Of a stretch of 64,000 nucleotides of DNA, positions 38,475 through 46,215 are shown piece by piece. A model generated the notes under the pieces. It was not told where the DNA came from and searched no databases. It saw only the letters and a program-made list of their open reading frames with translations. This DNA comes from a virus. Taxonomy: Duplodnaviria > Caudoviricetes. The DNA lies in IMG/VR virus record IMGVR_UViG_3300025084_000011, positions 19,534 through 83,533 of that record. One strand, 5' to 3'. The position numbers were made by a program, and so were the translations under genes. How positions within the stretch are numbered: the first letter of the stretch is position 1; each line of letters opens with the position of its first letter.

Positions 38475-38689
38475 GATTCTATATTATATTCGGTGTCATA
38501 CTTTGTCTCATATGTTATGCTGGCACCGAAGAAACCATGCGTCTCTTTGCTTTTATTGATATTCATATTAGATACAGTTTTGTTAAATTAAAATTATATT
38601 TCTTAAAGCAAAAGATAAAGCGTCAGTTAAGTAAAGATCTTGGGGACTACTCAAAACTAATTAAGGAAATTAAAGATGACCAACGATAA
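38462..38689 (+). CDS. Small membrane protein
   Basis: N-terminal hydrophobic helix LGFYIIFGVILCLICYA. Confidence 0.55.
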   Translation: MEMLGFYIIFGVILCLICYAGTEETMRLFAFIDIHIRYSFVKLKLYFLKQKIKRQLSKDLGDYSKLIKEIKDDQR

Positions 38690-38945
38690 GGAACTGTCGG
38701 ATCTCAAAATTGAGAGAAAAGAATGTCCTAAATGTGGTGCTACATGGATCAACGGTCAACACCGTTGGTCAACAGGTGCTATGGGTAGCGAACTAGACCT
38801 GGCAGGTTTGGTATGCAATAACCTAGGGGATCAAACTTGCATCAATCCCATACAAGGTATAGAGGGTGGTGATACGTGGGAAGATAGATTTGCGACTATA
38901 CATAAGTTAGATAGAGAGAAGCGTGATGAATTCGAGGCTGAATAA
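38676..38945 (+). CDS. Hypothetical protein (CPKC...W.NGQH.W.TG)
   Basis: Clean ORF with RBS-like AAGGA; motif recalled from cyanophage hypotheticals. Confidence 0.7.
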   Translation: MTNDKELSDLKIERKECPKCGATWINGQHRWSTGAMGSELDLAGLVCNNLGDQTCINPIQGIEGGDTWEDRFATIHKLDREKRDEFEAE

Positions 38946-39045
38946 ACGTGTTGGTCCTCTGACACAGAAGGAGCGCGAAGAACATCAGATGCTTATGTTA
39001 TCTCTTCGTGCTAGAATTCAAGAACTTCGCGAGCAAGATCAATGA
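38926..39045 (+). CDS. Small hypothetical protein (39 aa, not in ORF track)
   Basis: MNSRLNKRVGPLTQKEREEHQMLMLSLRARIQELREQDQ; fills the gap and is coupled to the next ATG. Confidence 0.45.
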   Translation: MNSRLNKRVGPLTQKEREEHQMLMLSLRARIQELREQDQ

Positions 39046-39203
39046 TGTTGCAGTTTGCTAGGTTCTGTGGAACAGTATTAAATAACCCATGGGGATGTGG
39101 ACTATTGGCATGGTGCCTGGTCTTCGTTCCCATTATTGGTATGTGGGCAGTACATACTTATGGGTGGCAACATTGGGAACCATTTCATAGGAGTCACAAG
39201 TGA
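39042..39203 (+). CDS. Small membrane protein (53 aa, not in ORF track)
   Basis: MMLQFARFCGTVLNNPWGCGLLAWCLVFVPIIGMWAVHTYGWQHWEPFHRSHK; ATGA and GTGA overlaps at both ends. Confidence 0.65.
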   Translation: MMLQFARFCGTVLNNPWGCGLLAWCLVFVPIIGMWAVHTYGWQHWEPFHRSHK

Positions 39204-39658
39204 GAGTTGGATTAGTAGGTTTGGGTAAGTTGGGTCAGAATATATGTAAGCAACTAATTGATAATGATGTTGAAGTTTATAGTTATCACACAGACCGTCC
39301 TACACAAGATGAAGTGTATGAACAAGGCAATCTAACTGGTTACGTTACGTCATTAAAACTACTAAGAAATAAAATCAAATTTGACACAAATATACATATT
39401 AGTGTAGGTGAAAAACCAGGTCTTTATATATTAACAGATAACTCATTCGATGAGTTAGTATTACATTGCGATCCCAGTGATGTAATTATTGATTACACAG
39501 ACCATAATGATGGTGTAGATAGAAAAACATACGCTGAAAAACTAGGAGTAAGTTATATCCATGGTGGTCTTTACGGTCACAAATATGCAATCCTTTCTTG
39601 TCAAAATGTCCTTAGCATTCTCTCATTAAATGGATCACGAAGAGGAACACGATTATGA
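39200..39658 (+). CDS. Truncated, divergent 6-phosphogluconate dehydrogenase (Gnd)-like NAD-binding domain
   Basis: MRVGLVGLGKLG (GxGxxG), PG.YI, D..IID, LGVSYI.GG.YG pattern; only 152 aa. Confidence 0.65.
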   Translation: MRVGLVGLGKLGQNICKQLIDNDVEVYSYHTDRPTQDEVYEQGNLTGYVTSLKLLRNKIKFDTNIHISVGEKPGLYILTDNSFDELVLHCDPSDVIIDYTDHNDGVDRKTYAEKLGVSYIHGGLYGHKYAILSCQNVLSILSLNGSRRGTRL

Positions 39659-39824
39659 CTATCAAGTATCACTCAGAATAGCAGATGTATATGCCCTGCA
39701 TGACTGTGTTTGCGAACGTCTTAGGATGTGGGCAGGCGGTGAAGCAATGCAGCAAGAACACTTATATTATTTGAGAGATTCTCTCTATCGTATTATTCTA
39801 GAAGACAGGTTTGAAAATTTATGA
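39630..39824 (+). CDS. Hypothetical protein
   Basis: Clean ORF coupled to the next gene by ATGA overlap. Confidence 0.65.
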   Translation: MDHEEEHDYDYQVSLRIADVYALHDCVCERLRMWAGGEAMQQEHLYYLRDSLYRIILEDRFENL

Positions 39825-39994
39825 AATTTGAATTAGATATGGATGACTACTCTATCATCCTCAATGCGCTACACTATTATAAGAAAGTAGAGAAGCGTGG
39901 CAACTTCAAACAATACAATGAAGATCGTGTCAATAAGTTGAGAGACAAGATGGCATATCAATTAATACCCAGTGAATATTGCGAACCTGAATAA
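39821..39994 (+). CDS. Hypothetical protein (57 aa, not in ORF track)
   Basis: MKFELDMDDYSIILNALHYYKK...EYCEPE; ATGA overlap upstream and TAATG overlap downstream. Confidence 0.65.
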   Translation: MKFELDMDDYSIILNALHYYKKVEKRGNFKQYNEDRVNKLRDKMAYQLIPSEYCEPE

Positions 39995-40203
39995 TGAATT
40001 TATTACTACGTCCTCTTGATAATGCTAACGACCCTGTGTGGTCTGTAATCATATGTGTAATGCTTGCTGTTGCAGGTGCGTTGTTCGTAGTCATATACAT
40101 ACTAAGAGAAGCATTTGCGGAGTTAGAAGATGGCAGCAATGGTGCCCCCAAGCAGGAAGAGTTGTTACAACTTCCGAGTGACGGAGATCAATCGTGTTCT
40201 TGA
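39994..40203 (+). CDS. Small single-pass membrane protein
   Basis: DPVWSVIICVMLAVAGALFVVIYIL hydrophobic helix. Confidence 0.6.
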   Translation: MNLLLRPLDNANDPVWSVIICVMLAVAGALFVVIYILREAFAELEDGSNGAPKQEELLQLPSDGDQSCS

Positions 40204-40591
40204 TGGCGATACTATCGATGTCACTATTGACCTCGGGTTTGATTTATACAAGAAAGAAAGAGTTAGAGTTGCAGGCGTTGATACACCAGAGAAAAGAACG
40301 AGAAACTTAGAGGAGAAGGCTCTTGGGATCGACGCAACCAACTGGCTCAAAGCGAAACTCGAAAGCACTTTGGCTGGTGACGATGAGTTGTCTGTTAGGA
40401 CTGAACTTGTTGGTGGGACTGGGAAATATGGCCGTCTTCTGGGTTGGCTTTACATCGGGGATGCAGATGTGTCCCTCAACGAACAAATGATTGAAGAAGG
40501 ATATGCTCACGCCTATGATGGTGGCACTAAGGATATGAATCTAGAAAAACTGAAAGAGATTCGTAGAGCACACGGTACGTTGGTGGAATGA
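40130..40591 (+). CDS. Staphylococcal-nuclease (thermonuclease)-like protein
   Basis: RVLDGDTIDV, RVRVAGVDTPE, GKYGRLLG, LNEQMIEEGYA motifs. Confidence 0.85.
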   Translation: MAAMVPPSRKSCYNFRVTEINRVLDGDTIDVTIDLGFDLYKKERVRVAGVDTPEKRTRNLEEKALGIDATNWLKAKLESTLAGDDELSVRTELVGGTGKYGRLLGWLYIGDADVSLNEQMIEEGYAHAYDGGTKDMNLEKLKEIRRAHGTLVE

Positions 40592-40592
40592 A

Positions 40593-42239
40593 ATGAGCGA
40601 TCAGATCTATCTTGGCAATCCTAATCTAAAAAAAGCAAATGTCTCTCAGGCATTTACACCAGATCAGGTTGAAGAGTATGTAAAGTGTAGTAAAGATCCT
40701 GTATATTTTATCAAAGAATATATCAAGATCATCTCACTTGACAAAGGTCTGATCCCCTTTACCATGTATGACTTCCAGGAGGACATGACCAGGAAGTTCC
40801 ATGCTGAACGATTTAATATTGCAAAACTACCACGGCAGTCAGGTAAGTCTACCATCGTTACCTCATACCTGCTGTGGTATGTGCTGTTTAATGATAATGT
40901 GAATGTGGCGATCCTTGCTAACAAAGCAGCGACTGCTCGTGAGATGCTACAACGATTACAACTAAGTTATGAAAACCTCCCCAAATGGATGCAGCAAGGT
41001 ATCTCCCAGTGGAATAGGGGGAGTCTGGAATTGGAGAACGGATCTAAAATTATGGCTGCTTCTACTTCGGCTAGCGCCGTTAGGGGCATGTCTTTTAATG
41101 TCATTTTTCTGGACGAATTCGCGTTTATTCCGAACCACATTGCTGATCAGTTCTTTTCATCTGTCTATCCTACTATATCTTCTGGTAAAAGCACAAAGGT
41201 AATTATCATCTCTACCCCACACGGGATGAATATGTTCTACAAACTCTGGCATGATGCTGAGAGGGGTAAGAATGAATACACAACCACAGAAGTTCACTGG
41301 TCAGAAGTTCCAGGAAGAGATGATCACTGGAAAGAACAAACGATTAAGAACACATCGGAAGAACAGTTCCGAGTTGAGTTTGAATGTGAGTTCCTAGGAT
41401 CTGTTGATACACTTATCTCTGCTTCTAAACTTCGTACCATGGTGTACGATGAACCTATCCAGAGAAACAAAGGTTTAGATATATTTGAAGCAGCGCAAGA
41501 AGAACATCAATATGTAATTACAGTTGACGTAGCGCGTGGAGTAAGTAAAGATTACTCAGCATTTACGATCATCGATACTACCACAATACCATATAAGATG
41601 GTAGGTAAGTATAGAAATAATACTATTAAACCTTTATTGTTCCCAAACATCATACATCAGGTTGCGACAGCATACAACCACGCCTACGTGCTCTGTGAGG
41701 TGAATGATATTGGTGGGCAGGTAGCAGACATTTTACAGTTTGATTTAGAGTATGATAACTTACTGATGTGTGCCATGAGAGGTAGAGCAGGTCAGGTAGT
41801 TGGTCAGGGATTCTCTGGGAACAAGACACAGATGGGTGTCAAGATGTCTACCACAGTTAAGAAGACAGGATGCTCTAACCTCAAAGCACTGATTGAAGAT
41901 GATAAACTATTACTATCAGATTATGATGTCATTGCTGAGTTGACTACTTTCATTCAGAAAGGTCAAGCATGGGAAGCAGAAGATGGATGTAATGATGACC
42001 TCGCTATGTGCCTGGTGATGTTCTCATGGTTAGCAACATCAGACTATTTCAGAGAGTTGCATGACAATGACGTGCGTCATAGAATGTACATGGAGCAGAA
42101 GGAAGCGATCGAAGCAGACATGGCACCATTCGGATTCATTGATGATGGGACTGAACCAGAATCATTTGTAGACAACCAAGGTGATAGGTGGCATGTTGAT
42201 GAGTATGGTGATATGGCATACATGTGGGATTATAGATGA
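40593..42239 (+). CDS. g17: Terminase large subunit gp17
   Basis: Walker A PRQSGKS, Walker B FLDEFAF, nuclease D-motifs VDVARG and NDDLAM. Confidence 0.96.
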   Translation: MSDQIYLGNPNLKKANVSQAFTPDQVEEYVKCSKDPVYFIKEYIKIISLDKGLIPFTMYDFQEDMTRKFHAERFNIAKLPRQSGKSTIVTSYLLWYVLFNDNVNVAILANKAATAREMLQRLQLSYENLPKWMQQGISQWNRGSLELENGSKIMAASTSASAVRGMSFNVIFLDEFAFIPNHIADQFFSSVYPTISSGKSTKVIIISTPHGMNMFYKLWHDAERGKNEYTTTEVHWSEVPGRDDHWKEQTIKNTSEEQFRVEFECEFLGSVDTLISASKLRTMVYDEPIQRNKGLDIFEAAQEEHQYVITVDVARGVSKDYSAFTIIDTTTIPYKMVGKYRNNTIKPLLFPNIIHQVATAYNHAYVLCEVNDIGGQVADILQFDLEYDNLLMCAMRGRAGQVVGQGFSGNKTQMGVKMSTTVKKTGCSNLKALIEDDKLLLSDYDVIAELTTFIQKGQAWEAEDGCNDDLAMCLVMFSWLATSDYFRELHDNDVRHRMYMEQKEAIEADMAPFGFIDDGTEPESFVDNQGDRWHVDEYGDMAYMWDYR

Positions 42240-42460
42240 ACCTAGAAGATGAGTTTGAACTAGAACATCTATTACTAACTCAAAGACGTTGTAGAGTATG
42301 TGGCAAGACGAAAGATCTTCTTGATGGTTTTTATCTAACACGAAAGGATAGAGGTAACATTCCTAGTGCGTATGCATATGAATGTAAGGAGTGTACTATA
42401 AGAAGAGTATCTAAATCAAGAATTACAGATAGTACAAAGTACGAATACCCTGACTGGTAG
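42236..42460 (+). CDS. Small CxxC...CxxC zinc-ribbon protein
   Basis: CRVC...YECKEC; located between g17 and g18. Confidence 0.7.
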   Translation: MNLEDEFELEHLLLTQRRCRVCGKTKDLLDGFYLTRKDRGNIPSAYAYECKECTIRRVSKSRITDSTKYEYPDW

Positions 42461-42500
42461 TAGGTTCACGTCCGAGTTCCCCAGTGAAAAGGTGCATTAT

Positions 42501-42508
42501 TCTAAATA
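42501..42508 (+). promoter_or_regulatory. Late promoter (TCTAAATA) for g18, inside a predicted hairpin
   Basis: Intergenic TAAATA flanked by inverted repeats. Confidence 0.7.
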
Positions 42509-42548
42509 ATAATAGCATCCATTGAACTTCACAGGAGAACCAAGCAAG

Positions 42549-45353
42549 ATGGCCAACACACAGATTTCACCAGGTGTATTGGTTCAGGAAAGAGATCTTA
42601 CTAACACTATTAACGCAACGATCGATAACGTTGGCGCTATTGTTGGTACTTTTTCCCAAGGACCCGTTGAAGAGATCGTAAGCATCTCTTCCGAAAGAGA
42701 ACTCATTCAAGTATTTGGTGAGCCAAACGAGCAAAACTACGAATATTGGTTTAGTGTCGCACAGTTTATGCTGTATGGCGGTACCTGTAAGGTAGTCCGT
42801 GCAGACAACTCTGCATTGAAGAACGCGATTGACACTGCAATCTTTACGCAGACAATCTTCTCAGCAGTTGACGTTACGTTGTCTGTTCAGAACGCTACTG
42901 GATTTGATGTCAACGATTTGCTGCTGATTGACGCAGAACTTCTGTCAGTCACTGCTATCACAGGTAACGATCTAGATGTTCTCCGTGGTCAGAACGCTAC
43001 CGCCAACACGTCACACGCTGGTGGTTCACAGATCACCCAGATCAAGACAGTCTCTGGTGCAACTTCACCCCTTAACCAAGGTGGTACGCTTGCTGCTAGT
43101 GCTACTACACTCACCGTTACTTCTAACGCTGCACTCACCGCTGTAACGAACTCATACATCCAAGTGGGTGATGAGATCCTGCAAGTTACTGGTATTTCTG
43201 GTAACGATCTTACCGTTAGTCGCGCACAACTTGGTTCAACTGCAACTGCTCATACTGATGCAACTGCTGTTAACCTGTTAGTTGTTAACGTCAACCAGAC
43301 CAGAATTAACGAGCAAACCAGCACTGGTGTTACTCCTCCTAAGATCAATAACATTGATACTTACGAAGCAACCACCGAGTATGCTGCCAACAACTGGAAG
43401 TTTGCTGCACGTACTCCTGGTACTTATGGTAACAGCATTCGCGTCGTAATGACTGATGCTGGTCCTGATCAAGTTCTGTTCCTTTCCGAGCCTGGTCCTT
43501 CTGCTGCTGAGTGGCAGATGCTTCCTGGTAAGCACATCTCTTTCTCTGCCTCTTCGATGCAGGGTCAGATTTTCAGTTACTCCTTGGTTCTTGAACTCAA
43601 AGCAGGCGCTGACCTGGTTGGTAAGTTCAAAGCAGATAACTTCTTTACTGCTGACAGTGGTAACGTCACTGGACGTATCCTCGCATACGAACCCAAGACT
43701 CGTACACTCGAACTGACTGTTGATTCTTCTGCTTCTGGTCACATCGATGTCGATATGGTTCTCACCGAACTTGCCGATAACGGTGGTTCACCTGGTTCTG
43801 CAACTGGTAACACCGCTAAGCCTACTTTGGTTCAGCGTCGTCTTACTGTTGTTAACGATGAAGGCGCAACTGCTTTCAGCAAGAACATCGTAATCAAAGA
43901 TTCCAGCACACTCAACGGTGTCATCAACGATGGCGACAATGTTACTATTCTTTCTACCGAAAGTGAGTACATTTCCAGAGTGTATGGAAACAATCAGAAG
44001 TGGTCAAGTCTAGCACCACGTCCTGGTACTAGTGTATGGGCAACTGAGCGTGGTGGTTTCCGCGACTTGTTCCATATCTTGGTTCTGGATGGCGACGGTG
44101 GTATCACTGGTACCCCTGGTGCAATTCTTGAAAAGTTCACTGATGTGTCCAAAGCAGCAGATGCTAAGACACCCCAAGGTTCTACCCTGTATTACAAGGA
44201 TGTCATTAAGGCACAGTCCGAGTACATCTTCTGGGGTTCCCACGAAAATACACGCATCTTCGACATTAATCCTTCACTGACAGGTGACATGGGAGATAAC
44301 GTGTTGAACAAGAAGTTTGACTTGTTCAAGAATGACTACTCCATCCTTTCCTTGGATGATCCTACTGGCACAAGTCTGCTGGCACAACCTCTGGTTAACA
44401 CCAAGAACACCTCTACCTTGAAGTATCAACTTCGCGGTGGTGCTGATGGTTATAGTGCTGAGCGTGACAAGTTGTTCGATTCTTACGATCTGTTCTCTGA
44501 TCCTGAGACCGAAGAAATTGATTATGTGATCATGGGACCTGCAATGAGCGACGGTGTTGACTCTGTTGCCAAGGCACAGAAGATGATCGACATTGCCGAG
44601 GTTCGCCAAGACTGTCTCGCATTCGTTTCTGCCCCTCGCGATGCCATCATTGGTGTTGCTAGCAGCAGAGAGATTGTTAGCAAGACTGTTGAATTCTTTG
44701 ATCAACTGTCTTCTAGTTCCTACGTTGTCTTTGACAACAACTACAAGTACATCTATGACAAGTACAACGACGCCTACCGTTACGTTCCTTTGAACGCTGA
44801 CATCGCTGGTCTCGTTCTTGACACTGCTGTTGAAGCAGAACCCTGGTTCTCTCCTGCTGGTTTCACCAGAGGTCAGATCCGTAACGCTGTCAAACTTGCA
44901 TACTCTCCTCTGAAAGAAGAGAGAGATTCACTCTATGCTGCACGAATCAACCCAGTTGTTGCTTTCCCTGGCGAAGGCATTGTACTCTTCGGAGACAAGA
45001 CTGGCATGGCAACTGCATCTGCATTCGATCGTATCAACGTTCGCCGTCTCTTCCTGGTAATCGAAAGAGCAATTAGTGATGCTGCTAAGAATCAACTGTT
45101 TGAAATCAACGATGAGTTCACTCGTCAGTCTTTCAACGACATTGTTGATCCTTATCTCAGAGGTGTTCAATCACGTCGTGGTGTTGAAGATTATCTAGTT
45201 GTTTGCGATGCAACCAACAACCCTGATGATGCTATTGATCGTGGTGAGTTCTTCGCTGAGATCTTCGTGAAGCCCACGCGCTCCATCAACTTCATCACAC
45301 TTCGCTTCACTGCTACTCGCACTGGCGCATCCTTCGCTGAAATCGTAGGTTGA
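42549..45353 (+). CDS. g18: Tail sheath protein gp18 (934 aa, with insertions)
   Basis: QISPGVLVQERDLT; WFSPAGFTRG; FDRINVRRLF; FVKPTRSINFITLRF; RBS AGGAGA at 42533-42538. Confidence 0.95.
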   Translation: MANTQISPGVLVQERDLTNTINATIDNVGAIVGTFSQGPVEEIVSISSERELIQVFGEPNEQNYEYWFSVAQFMLYGGTCKVVRADNSALKNAIDTAIFTQTIFSAVDVTLSVQNATGFDVNDLLLIDAELLSVTAITGNDLDVLRGQNATANTSHAGGSQITQIKTVSGATSPLNQGGTLAASATTLTVTSNAALTAVTNSYIQVGDEILQVTGISGNDLTVSRAQLGSTATAHTDATAVNLLVVNVNQTRINEQTSTGVTPPKINNIDTYEATTEYAANNWKFAARTPGTYGNSIRVVMTDAGPDQVLFLSEPGPSAAEWQMLPGKHISFSASSMQGQIFSYSLVLELKAGADLVGKFKADNFFTADSGNVTGRILAYEPKTRTLELTVDSSASGHIDVDMVLTELADNGGSPGSATGNTAKPTLVQRRLTVVNDEGATAFSKNIVIKDSSTLNGVINDGDNVTILSTESEYISRVYGNNQKWSSLAPRPGTSVWATERGGFRDLFHILVLDGDGGITGTPGAILEKFTDVSKAADAKTPQGSTLYYKDVIKAQSEYIFWGSHENTRIFDINPSLTGDMGDNVLNKKFDLFKNDYSILSLDDPTGTSLLAQPLVNTKNTSTLKYQLRGGADGYSAERDKLFDSYDLFSDPETEEIDYVIMGPAMSDGVDSVAKAQKMIDIAEVRQDCLAFVSAPRDAIIGVASSREIVSKTVEFFDQLSSSSYVVFDNNYKYIYDKYNDAYRYVPLNADIAGLVLDTAVEAEPWFSPAGFTRGQIRNAVKLAYSPLKEERDSLYAARINPVVAFPGEGIVLFGDKTGMATASAFDRINVRRLFLVIERAISDAAKNQLFEINDEFTRQSFNDIVDPYLRGVQSRRGVEDYLVVCDATNNPDDAIDRGEFFAEIFVKPTRSINFITLRFTATRTGASFAEIVG

Positions 45354-45359
45354 TTAAGT

Positions 45360-45380
45360 GGGGAGGGCAACCTCCCCTTT
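45360..45380 (+). terminator. GC hairpin with GCAA tetraloop after g18 (weak terminator or stabiliser)
   Basis: GGGGAGG-GCAA-CCTCCCC followed by only three T. Confidence 0.6.
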
Positions 45381-45435
45381 CCCCATTTCGTAATGTCATT
45401 CAATTAATTATTCTTCCCCAGGAGAAACCCCCAAA

Positions 45436-46161
45436 ATGACAAGTCCAATTAGAAGAAACAATAGAAAGAGGAATCCCTCTAACAGAAATGGTGTGCAGTC
45501 AGATGCCAATCTGATGCAGTTTAGGAACAACATTCAGGATCTTGCGAGACCTAATCTGTTCCAAGTGACTCTGCAATTCCCTAGTTTTGATGGCAACCCC
45601 AACAATGGTGGCGGTGGTGCTAACAAAAAAGGTAGAGGAGAGCGTAAGAGTGGTAACACTTCAATGGCCGAGCGTTCAACATTCTTGGTGAAAGCAGCAA
45701 ACTTGCCTGCATCCACTATCGGTGTTGTTGAAGTGCCATTCCGTGGTCGTCAATTGAAGATTGCTGGTGACAGAACCTTTGAACCATGGACTGTTACTAT
45801 CATGAACGAAGAGACCATGGCGCTGCGCGAGCACATGGAAAGATGGGCAGAGTACATGCAGCAGAATCAGTATAACTACCAGTCTGCTGATTCCATTGCC
45901 GACTATCAGGCAAGTGCAACTGTCGATCACCTTGACAGACAGGGTGAGTCAAACGGTTCATATCGTTTTGAAGGTATTTGGCCTTCTAACATCTCTGCAA
46001 TTGATCTTGCATGGGATAGCAATGATACCGCTGAGGAGTATACAGTTGAATTCCAGGTTCAATACTGGGAGAAGACTGATGACTCTAACATGTCTCATGG
46101 TAAGCGTAAGAGAAACAACCGTAACCGTAACAAGCGCGGTAGAGGTCAGTCCGCTGGTTGA
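45436..46161 (+). CDS. g19: Tail tube protein gp19 with basic terminal extensions
   Basis: ARPNLFQV, FLVKAANLPAS, PFRGRQLKIAGDRTFEPWTVTI, EEYTVEFQVQYW. Confidence 0.93.
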   Translation: MTSPIRRNNRKRNPSNRNGVQSDANLMQFRNNIQDLARPNLFQVTLQFPSFDGNPNNGGGGANKKGRGERKSGNTSMAERSTFLVKAANLPASTIGVVEVPFRGRQLKIAGDRTFEPWTVTIMNEETMALREHMERWAEYMQQNQYNYQSADSIADYQASATVDHLDRQGESNGSYRFEGIWPSNISAIDLAWDSNDTAEEYTVEFQVQYWEKTDDSNMSHGKRKRNNRNRNKRGRGQSAG

Positions 46162-46184
46162 TTAGAAACCACATAGTTGAAACT

Positions 46185-46192
46185 GCTAAATA
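46185..46192 (+). promoter_or_regulatory. Late promoter (GCTAAATA) for g20
   Basis: Intergenic TAAATA. Confidence 0.65.
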
Positions 46193-46215
46193 GTATTTGA
46201 AGTAATTACTTTCAA

